Shown here in pieces: positions 1 through 10,535 of a DNA stretch of 64,000 nucleotides; within the stretch, counting starts at the first letter, position 1, and each line of letters starts with the position of its first letter. The stretch covers positions 2,624,001 through 2,688,000 of the forward strand of contig CAWEEQ010000004.1 in assembly GCA_963808235.1 (NCBI GenBank), given 5' to 3'. Made by a program: the position numbers and the translations under genes. Under the pieces are notes generated by a model. The model did not search any database. It was given only the letters and a program-made list of their open reading frames with translations, and was not told where the DNA came from. The DNA comes from an uncultured delta proteobacterium. Lineage in GTDB: Bacteria; Desulfobacterota; Binatia; Binatales; Binataceae.

Positions 1-1561
1 CCTCGTCAGCGTCAAACAACACGGAGCCGGTGCCGAAGTTGAACGAATTGCCGCTGCCAACGAGTGCCGGGGCAAGACCCGCTCCACCGGCGTTACTCAT
101 AACAGCCGGTGGCGCGAGGACCATCGTCGGCATCACGGAACGCCTTCGGCACGGCAGAATCGTCGTCTCCAGCCGCCCCGCGCCTAGCACGTCGGGAAGA
201 TTCGGGTTGCTCGCGCAAGTGTGAAACCACGGCTGCGCGCACACCTGGTAAGACCCGGCAGGGAGACAAACCGGCACTCCCTTCGCGCAAGCGTCGAGGC
301 TCGCCGCGTCGAGAGCCGCATAGGAATCATTGGCGCCGGTAGGATCGGCGCCGTACTTTGGATCGACCGGGTTAACACAATTATTTACATCGAAGCCGGT
401 TAGCGGACTGGAGAGCTGCGAATAGTTAGCTGAGTTGGTAGAGCGCAGAGAAGTTAAGGTCATCGGCTGATCTTGTACCGCGACATTCTCCGGCGCCGAC
501 GCGACCGGCAGAATTGCGATCTGCGCGACTCCCCATGCGCCGCTGCCGATTGCCCTGCCCGTCGCGGTCGCGGGAGCGGTGTTGTACGACCAGCAAAACT
601 CATTGCCCATGTTGGCAATTCCGGTGTTCGAGGCCGGAGCAGTAAGGGCTAGCGGCGGATTTTGCTGGGAGGCACATACGATCATGAGATCTTTGGAGTT
701 CGTCGTGACCGGTGCTGCCTGACTGAAGGTTGTCGATGACGCTATCGTGCTGCCGGAACTTACATCAGGCAGCCCTGCCTGGCCCAAGTCCATCAGAACT
801 CCAAAGCCGAAGGTCGCGACAGAGTAGCCGACCGTGTAAGTCGATGGTTCGCTGGCGGTTGCTACTTTGTAAAAGCAGTTGTGAGTCTGGCCGTTGCCCT
901 GGTCCTGCCGGATTTGCGTGAACGATGCCGGCGGAGTCACCGTCTCCGTCCCGGTTGGCATCCCGGAGCAGAACAGAAGCAAGTCTCCCTGGACTGTGTT
1001 GCTCGGCTTGTTAGCCGTACAACTTGTCGTATTGCCAGTTTGACAAGTAGTCGCGCCGGGCCTGATGAAAGGCTGCAGCCAGGTACCGAGCTGAGCACCA
1101 ACCTGGCCGAACGCTAGCGCATCTCCAAACGAAGTTGCGCTGGCCAGGTTGGTGACTTTGTGCGCGTTGAAGTTCACGTCGGCAATCGGACTCAGGCTGC
1201 CTACTCCGCACGTCCACTGCCCGTTTTGTCCCATCGCCCAGGCGCCGTTTCCGCCAGCCGCGCAGGGAATGGTCTTCGTGCAGTTGTTGCAGTAGATAAG
1301 CGTGCCATCTTGTTCGGCCGGAAAACTCGCAAATGCCACGTTGACGATTGTCGGCGCGATCGGCTGGATGCCGGAGAGGCGGTCGTTGATTGCCTGGCGG
1401 AATTGCAAGCCCGCGCCGACTCCGGTGAAGTTTGGGATCGGCTGGTATGCTCCGGGTGGCGGCAGGTTCTGCGCCTTGACGAGGCTTGCCAGGAGAATCC
1501 AGATTGCGAGCGCCAGAATTGGAGCACCGAACGCGCGCCCGAAGAACCTTCTGAAATCCAT
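1..1561 (-). CDS. Large secreted protein, partial (runs off the left edge); Cys-rich N-terminal domain, fibre/neck-like motif and start of a pectate-lyase-3/GH28-like beta-helix domain
   Basis: Manual translation gives a stop-free frame from ATG 1561 (GGGAGAG upstream) to base 1: MDFRRFFGRAFGAPILALAIWILLASLVKA|QNLPPPGAYQPIPNFTG...YCNNCTKTIPC...HKVTNLASATSFGDA...FYKVATASEPSTYT...YGADPTGANDSYAALDAA...VCLPAGSY. Absent from the ORF track because no stop lies within the window. Confidence 0.8.
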   Translation of the reverse strand, partial: MDFRRFFGRAFGAPILALAIWILLASLVKAQNLPPPGAYQPIPNFTGVGAGLQFRQAINDRLSGIQPIAPTIVNVAFASFPAEQDGTLIYCNNCTKTIPCAAGGNGAWAMGQNGQWTCGVGSLSPIADVNFNAHKVTNLASATSFGDALAFGQVGAQLGTWLQPFIRPGATTCQTGNTTSCTANKPSNTVQGDLLLFCSGMPTGTETVTPPASFTQIRQDQGNGQTHNCFYKVATASEPSTYTVGYSVATFGFGVLMDLGQAGLPDVSSGSTIASSTTFSQAAPVTTNSKDLMIVCASQQNPPLALTAPASNTGIANMGNEFCWSYNTAPATATGRAIGSGAWGVAQIAILPVASAPENVAVQDQPMTLTSLRSTNSANYSQLSSPLTGFDVNNCVNPVDPKYGADPTGANDSYAALDAASLDACAKGVPVCLPAGSYQVCAQPWFHTCASNPNLPDVLGAGRLETTILPCRRRSVMPTMVLAPPAVMSNAGGAGLAPALVGSGNSFNFGTGSVLFDADE

Positions 1562-1686
1562 CCAATCTCTCCCGCGCACGGACGCGCGTTGATATTCGAG
1601 GCACCGCCGGCCCGACCTGGCGGAGATGCTTCTGCCGGTCATTGTGGCTCGGAAAACCGGGGAGCGTAAGGCTGAACAGTTCATCC

Positions 1687-2907
1687 CTAAGGAATTTTGG
1701 CGGAGGCCGACAAAATGTCGAGGAGGCGGGCTAAATGGGAGCTCAATTCGAATTGTGACGCCAATCGGAATGCGCCTTCGCGCAGTTGGCTGAAATGCGG
1801 TTCGTCGCGCACGCATTGGGCTATTGCGCCGGCCAATTTGTCGGGGCGGGCGGGATGCGCGTCGGCAAGATGGCCGTTGACTCCGTCATGAAGCCACTCG
1901 GGGATGCCGCCGACGGCAAATGCCGCGGCCGGAACGCGGTGCAGCCCTGCTTCCGGACCGGTCAGTCCAAACGGTTCCGGCCAGACACTCGGGACGACCA
2001 GCAGATCGGAGTTGTCGAAGGCAGCGGCCAGGTCCGCCGACTCGAGGATGGGGTGAAAAACAATTTTCAGGCTGGAATTCTGCCGCATGATCTCGGTCGC
2101 CAAGATTTGCGACGCCACTTTCGCTTGTCCTTCGCCAACAAGATCCAGTTGGATTGAGCGGCCGCCGACCTGTGACGCTATGATCGGCAATGCACGGAGC
2201 AAGACCTCTGCGCCTTTTTCGAACACCATTCGGCCGGCGAAGAGCAATTTGAGTTGGACGCTGCGATCGGCGGCCGTTCTCGAGGATGGCACGCTCGATT
2301 TGTGCTCGGTAATTGGCAGACGCACGAGATGGACCGAGCCGGCGGAGAGTCCGTGCTTCAGGTACTCGCGACGCATGTGCTCGCTGCCCACAATGATCGC
2401 GCGATAGCGGCCAAGGTTGCGAAGCCTGGTTTCCTGTTGGCGATAATCATTCCACATCGTCACGGGATTCAAGCCGCCGCATCGGCGCGGGTAGTAGTAG
2501 GCCAGGCAAGCCGCGCCGAAGCGCCGGTCGCATGGTTCGAAAGCGGGAATCCGGAAACTCTTACGCCCGCTGATGCAGGTTCCCGAGTAAACGTGTGCGT
2601 AGAAGACCGCGGGAGCAATCGCCAGCAACTGAGTTTCGATAGCAGGATCCTGGATGCCATTGACGTAGATCACATCCGGACGCCAGTCGCGAAGCGCGGC
2701 GAGTGCGGCGGGCGCACCCAGCTCAACAATGCACCAGATGGGCACGTCGTTTGAGGCGATTATCGGCGGGCGCGTGTCGACGCCGCCATTCTCGGAGAAT
2801 AGTGCGACTTCGCAACCGTGCTGGCGCATCTCTGGCGCCAATCGTTGAAGGTAGGTCTCGACGCCGCCGGCCATGCGATAGGAGCAGTTGACAATAGCTA
2901 CTCGCAA
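1687..2907 (-). CDS. Glycosyltransferase family 4
   Basis: GT-B motifs GGVETY, LLFAGR..EKG and PSVWPEPFGL..EA. Confidence 0.9.
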   Translation of the reverse strand: MRVAIVNCSYRMAGGVETYLQRLAPEMRQHGCEVALFSENGGVDTRPPIIASNDVPIWCIVELGAPAALAALRDWRPDVIYVNGIQDPAIETQLLAIAPAVFYAHVYSGTCISGRKSFRIPAFEPCDRRFGAACLAYYYPRRCGGLNPVTMWNDYRQQETRLRNLGRYRAIIVGSEHMRREYLKHGLSAGSVHLVRLPITEHKSSVPSSRTAADRSVQLKLLFAGRMVFEKGAEVLLRALPIIASQVGGRSIQLDLVGEGQAKVASQILATEIMRQNSSLKIVFHPILESADLAAAFDNSDLLVVPSVWPEPFGLTGPEAGLHRVPAAAFAVGGIPEWLHDGVNGHLADAHPARPDKLAGAIAQCVRDEPHFSQLREGAFRLASQFELSSHLARLLDILSASAKIP

Positions 2908-2911
2908 AGGG

Positions 2912-3622
2912 CTACCGATGCTGCTTAGCGACGCTAGCGATATACAGCAGCTGCCAGCCGAAGAGTCCCGGCAAGTAGCTGGTCGCGAAGCGATCCAGGG
3001 CTGCTACCGTCTGTGAAGGAAGGTTCAATTTTCGCGCCAGGGGGAATATGCCTTCTACCGTGGCGGTCGAAACCTGAAAGCCGTTTGACTCCAAAAGCCT
3101 TCTGCCCGAAGCGAAGGTATAGAACCGCACGTGGGTGGTGTCCATGATCCCGCCTTCCTCGTACTCGAATTTTCCGAGCAGGAAACTCAGGCGATAGCGC
3201 CAGCTCACGACGTTCGGCAACGCAACGGCGACGATGCCTCCCGACGCCAGCACGCGATGCAAATCGCCAAGAACTCGAGCTGGATTGCGCAGGTGTTCGA
3301 GCACATGGGAGAGGACCACCAAATCGTAACCGTCGCTGACTGCGGGTGGGAGTCCTGATTCGAGATCCGCGATAATAACTGTCTTACAAGTTCGCGAGGC
3401 TTTGGATTGCTCTTCGGGACTGATCGTTATGCCGTCAACCATCCATCCGCGGCTGGAAAGGATGCGGGCGTTGTCGCCGGCGCCGCAGCCGCAATCGAGC
3501 GCGTGGCCTGCCGGCTTCGACTTGATCAGATCAAGCAGTGCGAGATTGCCGGTGTTCTCATAGATGCGATTTGCGCAGTCTCTGTTTGCGCTAGATCCCG
3601 CGGTCTCATCCGGCCCGCGCAT
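2912..3622 (-). CDS. Class I SAM-dependent methyltransferase
   Basis: LDCGCGAG, SHVLEHL and H-x-R-F-Y-T motifs. Likely start ATG 3622 (MRGPDE); the longer track ORF overlaps the epimerase. Confidence 0.85.
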   Translation of the reverse strand: MRGPDETAGSSANRDCANRIYENTGNLALLDLIKSKPAGHALDCGCGAGDNARILSSRGWMVDGITISPEEQSKASRTCKTVIIADLESGLPPAVSDGYDLVVLSHVLEHLRNPARVLGDLHRVLASGGIVAVALPNVVSWRYRLSFLLGKFEYEEGGIMDTTHVRFYTFASGRRLLESNGFQVSTATVEGIFPLARKLNLPSQTVAALDRFATSYLPGLFGWQLLYIASVAKQHR

Positions 3623-4526
3623 CGGTTCTCCACCATTTGATAGACTCAGCGATGCCGCCTTGCAGCGTCCATCGCGGGTTCCATCCAACTTCTTCGCGCA
3701 CTTTGCGGGTATCGGCACAAACCACAGGAGGATCGCCGGGCGCCGACTCGATGGCACCGAATTCGATCTGAGCGGGCTGGTGGCTTTGCGTCTCGATCTG
3801 CCGCGCGATCTCTTCGACGATGGAGCGAATTGTAATCGCCTCGCCAGATCCAATGTTGATTGCGCCGTTCGACGAGCTATCCAACAGCGCAACGAAAGCT
3901 TCGGCAACATCCGCGACGTAGAGGAAATCGCGCATCTGACGCCCGTGACTGCATCGCGCTTTCTCACCCCGCAGCAAGGAAGTTATTACTGAGGGGACCA
4001 GCCGTTCGCGAGCCTCGCGCGGACCGTAAAGGTAGAAGACCCGGCCCCATGCGGCGCTGACTCCCGCGCGGGCGGAAAATTCCATGACGTTGCGGCGGAG
4101 ACTATCTTTGCAGGTTCCGTAGAGTGTCGAAGGAGCGGTAGGAGTTAGATCCTCAGAGCAGGTACCGCGGCCAAGATCGTATTCGAAGCAGGAGCCCGCA
4201 AAGACCGCACGCTTACCGCCGTTCTCCGCGAATTCCTTGAGCAGGCACATCCCGGCCTCGCACCACCGGAGATTTTCGCGCGACTCGCGATAGTCGCGCG
4301 GCTGCGCGTACCAGGCGAGATGAAGCAGATGAGTCGGGCTCACTTCGCGCACCAGATTGGCGATAGCTGACGGTTCGAGGAGATCGGCGCGATGCCATTC
4401 GACGCCATCGACCTCGCGACGATTTTTGAGCCACGCCGCATGAACCTCGTAACCCTTGCTTTGAAGGACATCCAGGCTGTGGCTTCCGATGAAACCGCTC
4501 GCACCGGTAACCAAGACGCGTCTCAT
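3606..4526 (-). CDS. NAD-dependent epimerase/dehydratase (CDP-sugar 4-reductase-like SDR)
   Basis: VTGASGFIG and YxxxK (YGTCK) motifs; lies in the rfbFGC context. Confidence 0.9.
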   Translation of the reverse strand: MRRVLVTGASGFIGSHSLDVLQSKGYEVHAAWLKNRREVDGVEWHRADLLEPSAIANLVREVSPTHLLHLAWYAQPRDYRESRENLRWCEAGMCLLKEFAENGGKRAVFAGSCFEYDLGRGTCSEDLTPTAPSTLYGTCKDSLRRNVMEFSARAGVSAAWGRVFYLYGPREARERLVPSVITSLLRGEKARCSHGRQMRDFLYVADVAEAFVALLDSSSNGAINIGSGEAITIRSIVEEIARQIETQSHQPAQIEFGAIESAPGDPPVVCADTRKVREEVGWNPRWTLQGGIAESIKWWRTDARAG

Positions 4527-5053
4527 GAGACAAAATCCGGATGACTGCTATCTTTGGATGAGATCACTTCGGGTCGCATCGGCCACAGAATGTTGAAGGC
4601 CGGATCGTTCCATCGGACGGCGCGCTCGGACTCGGGAGAATAAAATGCCGAGACCTGGTACAAAATCTCACAGTTGTCAGTCAGAGTGAGATAGCCGTGT
4701 GCGAATCCGGCGGGCACATAGAGCATCCGGCGGTTCTCAGCGTCGAGCTGAAGACCTATCCAGTCCCGGTAACTGGGTGAGGCCGTTCTGAGATCGACGA
4801 CCACGTCGTATATAGCACCGCGGACGCATCGCACCAGCTTAGTCTCCTCGTTGGGCCTGACCTGGTAGTGCATACCGCGCAGGGTGCCGCGCTGACTGTT
4901 AAAGGATAGATTGCTTTGCACGAAGTCGGTGGCCAGGCCATGCGCGGCGAATTCATTGCGGCAGAATGCTCGTGCAAAGAATCCACGCTCGTCGTCTTTG
5001 CGCTCGAGGTCAATCAGGTAAGCGTCCTTCAATTTGCACGCGGTGAAAATCAC
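4523..5053 (-). CDS. rfbC: NDP-4-keto-6-deoxyglucose 3,5-epimerase
   Basis: DERGFF, TLRGMHYQ and VPAGFAHG cupin motifs. Confidence 0.93.
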   Translation of the reverse strand: MIFTACKLKDAYLIDLERKDDERGFFARAFCRNEFAAHGLATDFVQSNLSFNSQRGTLRGMHYQVRPNEETKLVRCVRGAIYDVVVDLRTASPSYRDWIGLQLDAENRRMLYVPAGFAHGYLTLTDNCEILYQVSAFYSPESERAVRWNDPAFNILWPMRPEVISSKDSSHPDFVS

Positions 5054-6159
5054 TTAAGTGTCGTGCCAGCGCCGACGCTCGTGTCAGCGGGCGCGTGAAG
5101 TAGCTCCTCATATAGTAGTAGCTGCTGCACGGTAAGTTGGCGCATAGCTGATGCGGGACGGATAGCCGCCTCGCGATACCACTGCACGGTAAGACGAACC
5201 GCGTCGCGAAGCTTCAGCCGAGGCTGCCATGGCAAGCGCGTCCGGGCGCGCTCGGAATCGAGGCCCAAGTATGGCGACTCATGTAAGCCGTCGGACTGGG
5301 GCTCTGCGCGCCAGGATCCATCACCCCATTCATGAATAAGCATCTTGACCAGGTCGGATACGCTGACAGCGTCGCCCTCGTCCGGCCCGAAATTCCAGGC
5401 GCCACTCCATTGCTTACCGTCCACAGATAGCCGCTGCGCAAGGATAAGGTATCCCGAAAGCGGCTCCAGGACGTGCTGCCAGGGCCGGACCGCACCGGGA
5501 TTGCGGACGACCAGCGTCTCTTTGCGACTCAGCGCGCGGATCGCATCGGGAACGATGCGATCAGGCGCCAGGTCGCCACCGCCGATCACGTTTCCCGCTC
5601 GCGCCGTGGCGATAGCGATAACGCGTTCCGCGCTCTCGAAGAAAGATCGCGTATAAGCGTGCGTGACCAGTTCAGCACATGCCTTGCTCGCGCTGTAAGG
5701 GTCCGAGCCTCCCAGGCGATCGTTTTCGCGGTAGCTTTTGGGAGCACTTTGATTCTCGTAGCACTTGTCGCTGGTGACAATCACCGCGGAACGAACAGAC
5801 GGGCATCCGCGAATAGCTTCAAGCACGTTGACCGTACCGATCACGTTCGTTTCGAAGGTGGCGGCAGGCTCGCGATAGGAGCGACGGACGAGCGATTGAG
5901 CAGCAAGGTGAAACACCACTTCGGCTTTGCTCGCTTCCAGCGCGCGTCTTACGACCGACGCATCGCGCACGTCGCCGATGCTCGAATGAATGACTTCCTC
6001 AAGCCCGCATGCATCATAGAAGCTGTTCGGCACTTCAGGGGGCAGCGCCAATCCATACACATCGGCACCCATCTCGCTCAGCCAAAGAGCAAGCCATCCG
6101 CCCTTGAACCCGGTATGGCCGGTGAGTAGTACGCGACGTCCGCGCCAGAAATTAATCAT
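5050..6159 (-). CDS. rfbG: CDP-glucose 4,6-dehydratase
   Basis: TGHTGFKGGWL, TSDKCY, DPYSASK and RPWQHVLEPL motifs. Confidence 0.95.
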   Translation of the reverse strand: MINFWRGRRVLLTGHTGFKGGWLALWLSEMGADVYGLALPPEVPNSFYDACGLEEVIHSSIGDVRDASVVRRALEASKAEVVFHLAAQSLVRRSYREPAATFETNVIGTVNVLEAIRGCPSVRSAVIVTSDKCYENQSAPKSYRENDRLGGSDPYSASKACAELVTHAYTRSFFESAERVIAIATARAGNVIGGGDLAPDRIVPDAIRALSRKETLVVRNPGAVRPWQHVLEPLSGYLILAQRLSVDGKQWSGAWNFGPDEGDAVSVSDLVKMLIHEWGDGSWRAEPQSDGLHESPYLGLDSERARTRLPWQPRLKLRDAVRLTVQWYREAAIRPASAMRQLTVQQLLLYEELLHAPADTSVGAGTTLK

Positions 6160-6206
6160 TACAAAAGGCCAGCGTTTGCATTATATAAGGCCAGCGTTCG
6201 GATGGG

Positions 6207-6981
6207 CTAACGCCAGGTTTTCCAGGGAGCTGCCCCACGTTCCCATAAGTCGTTCAGAAAGAGGGTCTCGCGATAGGTGTCCATGCACTGCCAGAACCCA
6301 TCATGCTGATAGACGGCCAACTCGCCGCGCTCAGACAACCTGCTAAGCAGTCCAGTCTCGAGCACGTCGGCGTCGTCCTCGAATCAGGTCCAGAGCCTCC
6401 GGCTTGAAGACAAAGAACCCTCCATTGATCCATCCCTGCGTTACATTCGCCTTTTCGCGAAACAACACTACCTTGCTGTCCTTGATAGCAAGCTCTCCGT
6501 AGCGCGAAGAAGGGCGAACCGCTGTTACGGTAGCAAGGCGCCCTTCGCGATTGTGGCAAGCTATTAGGGCAGCCAGATCGATATTGGCGACACCGTCTCC
6601 ATAAGTCACCATAAAGGCCGAATCGCCGACGTATCTAGCGATTCGCTTGATACGACCACCAGTCATAGTATGCTTGCCGGTGTCGGAAAGTGTCACGCGC
6701 CAGCCGCTCTCGCCGTGGGCATCGTGAACGTCAACCTGATGCGACCCCAGAACTACCGTGAGGTCGCGATTGCGCATCTCGTAGTTCAGAAAATAGTCTC
6801 TAATCTGATCGCCTTTGTAGCCGAGGCAGATCACGAAATCGGTATGACCTTGAGCGGCGTAGAGCTTCATTATGTGCCACAGGATCGGCCGGTCGCCAAT
6901 CTCGACCATCGGTTTGGGCCGATACTCAGTCTCCTCGCGGAGCCGAGTCCCGAGTCCACCTGCCAGGATTACTACTTTCAT
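6207..6981 (-). pseudogene. rfbF: Glucose-1-phosphate cytidylyltransferase, frameshifted (+1) near 6383; possible assembly error
   Basis: N-terminus MKVVILAGGLGTRL..PKPM. The conserved C-terminus (HDGFWQCMDTYRE...LWERGAAPWKTWR*) continues in another frame after ...LDLI. Span 775 nt = 258 codons + 1. Confidence 0.88.
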
Positions 6982-7066
6982 ACCCGGTATACTTTATATT
7001 CCTATGCAGACTTGCGAGCCAGATGTGAGTCGGCAATCGATCGCATCGAGCTGGAAGCGGGCGCCC

Positions 7067-8104
7067 TCACCCGACGTTCGCGGACTTCGTCGGCCTCTCC
7101 CGATGGGAGAGGCGAATAAGTCTCAGGTGTCCGTAGAGGTTCATCGCGCCGCGCGCAATGCTGGCACCACAATAACTGAGAAGCAGAGCAGACGCGGCGC
7201 GGGCGGTGACGCCGGATTGCATCGCAGCCACCAACTCGCCGCGCGCTTCGATGGCCGATCCTTGTCTCAATAGGGCTATGCCATGAGCGACTTGCGCTTC
7301 CACGTATCGCGCCTGGAAGATGTGGTGGTATTCGCGCAAAGCCGGGTCATCCAGGAAACGGGAGTAGATATACTTGGAAGAGCTGCTGTTCTCGGGCGAT
7401 TGCGAGGCTGTTTGCGCCGTCGCATGCACTCTATAACGCACCATCCGCTCGGGAACATAGAACGCACCCTTTCCTGACCTGGCAGCCAGATAGGTGAGCC
7501 ATAGGTCGTAGTGAGGGCCGACCTCGAGCGGAAAATCGCTGAAGTCGATCAGGTTCGTCTTGATAACAGCCCCCATGACCATCGGGATGCTCTGCTGGAC
7601 CAATCCGATTTTGAAGAACGGCCGATGAGTGCCGGGGCTCAGTGTGTCGCGACTCCACCGTCGAGTATTCAGCTCGGTCTGGTGGGCGTCTATTTTCCCC
7701 TGGCTGTCGATTATGTGGTGATCGCAGAATGCCACCGCTACATCGTCGTCCGCCACTAGTGGAACCATCCGCGTGAGTAAGTCCGCTTCCCACTCGTCAT
7801 CGTCATTCAGGACCGCAAAGAGACTACCGGTCATCTCACGAAAGGCGGCGAGGTGGTTGCCTGCTATGCCGAGATTGGTGTCGTTGCATCGGAAGCGGAT
7901 GCGAGGATCGGCGAAAGAGTCGACCACGGCGCGGGTTGCCGCCGACTTCAGATTGGATGAGACGATGATCTCGACGTTGGCGTAGGTGCCGGCGATCGCG
8001 CTGGCGATCGCCTTGGCCAGGTAATCAGGCCGGTCGTAGGTGCATATGATGACGCTTACTAATGGTGGCTTATCGCTACTGTTTGTTGGGCTGGCTAACG
8101 TCAC
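7067..8104 (-). CDS. Glycosyltransferase family 2
   Basis: VSVIICTYDR, LNDDDEW (DxD) and YRVH motifs. Confidence 0.9.
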   Translation of the reverse strand: MTLASPTNSSDKPPLVSVIICTYDRPDYLAKAIASAIAGTYANVEIIVSSNLKSAATRAVVDSFADPRIRFRCNDTNLGIAGNHLAAFREMTGSLFAVLNDDDEWEADLLTRMVPLVADDDVAVAFCDHHIIDSQGKIDAHQTELNTRRWSRDTLSPGTHRPFFKIGLVQQSIPMVMGAVIKTNLIDFSDFPLEVGPHYDLWLTYLAARSGKGAFYVPERMVRYRVHATAQTASQSPENSSSSKYIYSRFLDDPALREYHHIFQARYVEAQVAHGIALLRQGSAIEARGELVAAMQSGVTARAASALLLSYCGASIARGAMNLYGHLRLIRLSHRERPTKSANVG

Positions 8105-8267
8105 GGCGTTGTTCGGTCTGGAGGCCCTCCGAGCTTCAGGCCAAATGGAATCGAACAGTTGCGAGTTCTGCGGAGAACCCGGACTCGGGGGATTCCATCA
8201 CGGGCGATCGCGATGCTATCTTTGCCAGACTGTTTTTGCAAAGTAGCACTATCCTAAATATTTTTTG

Positions 8268-9509
8268 ATGCTCGAGAGACGCGAAATTAAGCATTTGGAG
8301 ATCCCGGTCCGGGAGACCGCGGGGCACGACTTTAGCCGGGTAAAGCTTCTGCTGGCGGGATGCCTGGCCGCTTTGAGTATCGCTTACCTCGCGAAGGGTT
8401 TTTACTACGGGATGTTCGTTGACGGCAGCGACGTGCTTCGTCGCTGGCTCGAACAGCGATTCGTATTCGGCCAGGAAAATCTGGATCCGCGAATTGTCGC
8501 CTTCGTACGCACGGAATTAATTTATCCTCCGTGGTCATATTTCACGGGCGTGCTTTTCTTTTGGCCGCCATGGCCGCAGGCGCGAATCTGGTTTGGCCTG
8601 GTCAACCTGGCGTCCCTGATATGGATCGTGCGATTCGTAGACGCGTATGCACGTGAGCAATCCAAACTGGATCGGCTGCTACTGGTGCTGTCGGTCACAG
8701 CTATCGCCGCAATCTGCACTACGCTGGGAGTTGGCAACTACCCGGTAATAGTAGTTGCGCTGCTGATCGGAGCGTACCAGGCGGATGAAGCAGACCGTCC
8801 CGTTTTGTCCGGCTTGCTGATCGGCGTGGCGATGCTCAAGCCGCAGATCGCGGGACCATTTTTACTGGTGGCGCTGGTGCGGGGGCGATTTCGCGCGCTG
8901 GCCGCCGCTGCGATCTATCTGATCGTTGCATGCGCCGCGATCTGGATGCTTTCGCCTGTAAACCCGCTCCGGATGCTTTCTCAATCGGCGCAACTGGGGA
9001 GCAACTTTGCCAATACCACTGACGGGCTGCTGGGCGTCGTACTCAACCTCGGCGTGCCCTACCGGCTGGCAGCTCCTATAACGGCGATCACAAGTCTCGC
9101 GATATTTATCCCGGTGCTCTGGTACTGTCGCGAGCGATCGCTGATGGTTCTGTTTGCGATTGCGGCGCTGACGAGCCGGGTGTGGACTTACAATCTCAAT
9201 ACCTCGAACCTGGTGTTTATCTTCCTTCTGCTGGCGCTGTGGAAGCTGGCGATCGAAAAGCGCGACACGCGGGCCGGCGCGCTGTTCATGGCGGTGGGCG
9301 TATCGCTGTGGATTCCGGCCAGCCTCTCCAGGTATCCCCTCCTCCAGATCGTCGAGCACCTGATCTGGCTCGGGGGACTTGCAGGGCTGCTGATTTTGGA
9401 TCGCGGCGCGACCGCCGCTATCCGCCAATCTGGTACATCGAGCGGTCACGCGTCGAGCGGCCTTCGAGCAGGTGGTGCCCGGTTGGCTTCAGCTCGACCG
9501 CGCGCTTGA
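8268..9509 (+). CDS. Glycosyltransferase family 87 (GT-C, DUF2029) membrane protein
   Basis: Multi-TM protein with IYPP, GNY and LKPQ motifs. Confidence 0.8.
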   Translation: MLERREIKHLEIPVRETAGHDFSRVKLLLAGCLAALSIAYLAKGFYYGMFVDGSDVLRRWLEQRFVFGQENLDPRIVAFVRTELIYPPWSYFTGVLFFWPPWPQARIWFGLVNLASLIWIVRFVDAYAREQSKLDRLLLVLSVTAIAAICTTLGVGNYPVIVVALLIGAYQADEADRPVLSGLLIGVAMLKPQIAGPFLLVALVRGRFRALAAAAIYLIVACAAIWMLSPVNPLRMLSQSAQLGSNFANTTDGLLGVVLNLGVPYRLAAPITAITSLAIFIPVLWYCRERSLMVLFAIAALTSRVWTYNLNTSNLVFIFLLLALWKLAIEKRDTRAGALFMAVGVSLWIPASLSRYPLLQIVEHLIWLGGLAGLLILDRGATAAIRQSGTSSGHASSGLRAGGARLASARPRA

Positions 9510-10413
9510 GGATTCGCGCAACCGCGCCGATTCGATCGGTCGATTCAGAGCGCAGTGCGCCGCGCACGTCGAGCTCGTCGTCGTTGAGCAGGCAGAGGTG
9601 AAATTTGCCGTCCGCGGTGAGGCGCATCCGGTTGCAGGTTCCGCAATAAGGCTCGCTGACCGGGCTGATGAAACCGATCACGCCGCGCGCGCCGTGGATG
9701 CGGAAGTTGCGCGATTCGTCGGCCAGGTTTTCCGGCGGGATTTCGATCATGTTGCCGAGCGCCGCTTCGATTCTGCGCCGCGTCTCGATATTCGAAACGT
9801 AGCGCTTGACCGACAGCGTGGCGCATTCGCCGCCGCCGAGCGGCATCAGCTCGATGAATCGCACGTGCCAATCGCGCTCGAGGGTAAGGCGGGCGAGATC
9901 GACAACGTCGGATTCGTTGAAGCCGGCGGTGACGACCGCGTTGAGCTTGATCGGCGTCAGGCCGGCTTCTTCGGCGGCGAGGATTCCGCGCCAAATCTTC
10001 TCGAAGCTGCCCCATCGCATCTGCCGCTCGACGGTTTGCGGGTCGAGGCTGTCCAGATGCACGTTGATTCGATTCAGTCCCGCGCGGCGGAGCGGTCGCG
10101 CGAGATCGCCGAGCAGAAGCGCGTTGGTGGTCAGCGCGAGCGCGTTGACGCCGGGGACGCGGGCGAGGCGCTCACAGATCTCGACGATATCCAGGCGCAG
10201 CGTCGGCTCGCCTCCGGTCAGCCGGAATTTTCGAAAGCCCACGCTAACGGCGGCGCGCGCGACGGTCTCGAATTCGGCCGGCGTCAGCAGCTCGGCGTTG
10301 GGGAGAAAGCGCAAGCCTTCGAGCGGCATGCAGTAGACGCATCGGAGGTTGCAGCGGTCGATTACGGACAGGCGCAGGTAATCGATCTCACGGTTGAAGG
10401 AATCGCGGGGCAC
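9418..10413 (-). CDS. moaA: GTP 3',8-cyclase (molybdenum cofactor biosynthesis)
   Basis: CNLRCVYC, LTGGEP, CGTCNRMR...C motifs and C-terminal IGG. Start GTG 10413 or further upstream. Confidence 0.95.
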   Translation of the reverse strand: MPRDSFNREIDYLRLSVIDRCNLRCVYCMPLEGLRFLPNAELLTPAEFETVARAAVSVGFRKFRLTGGEPTLRLDIVEICERLARVPGVNALALTTNALLLGDLARPLRRAGLNRINVHLDSLDPQTVERQMRWGSFEKIWRGILAAEEAGLTPIKLNAVVTAGFNESDVVDLARLTLERDWHVRFIELMPLGGGECATLSVKRYVSNIETRRRIEAALGNMIEIPPENLADESRNFRIHGARGVIGFISPVSEPYCGTCNRMRLTADGKFHLCLLNDDELDVRGALRSESTDRIGAVARILKRAVELKPTGHHLLEGRSTRDRSMYQIGG

Positions 10414-10535
10414 AACTTCATAGTTATCGGAGCGCCTCCGATGAAACAACGTGGCCTCGGTACGATTGTTTCGCGGCGCGGAGGAATCCTGTTAGGCTGA
10501 GCGCGACAATTTCCGAGGCGTGAGAGTCGATAATC

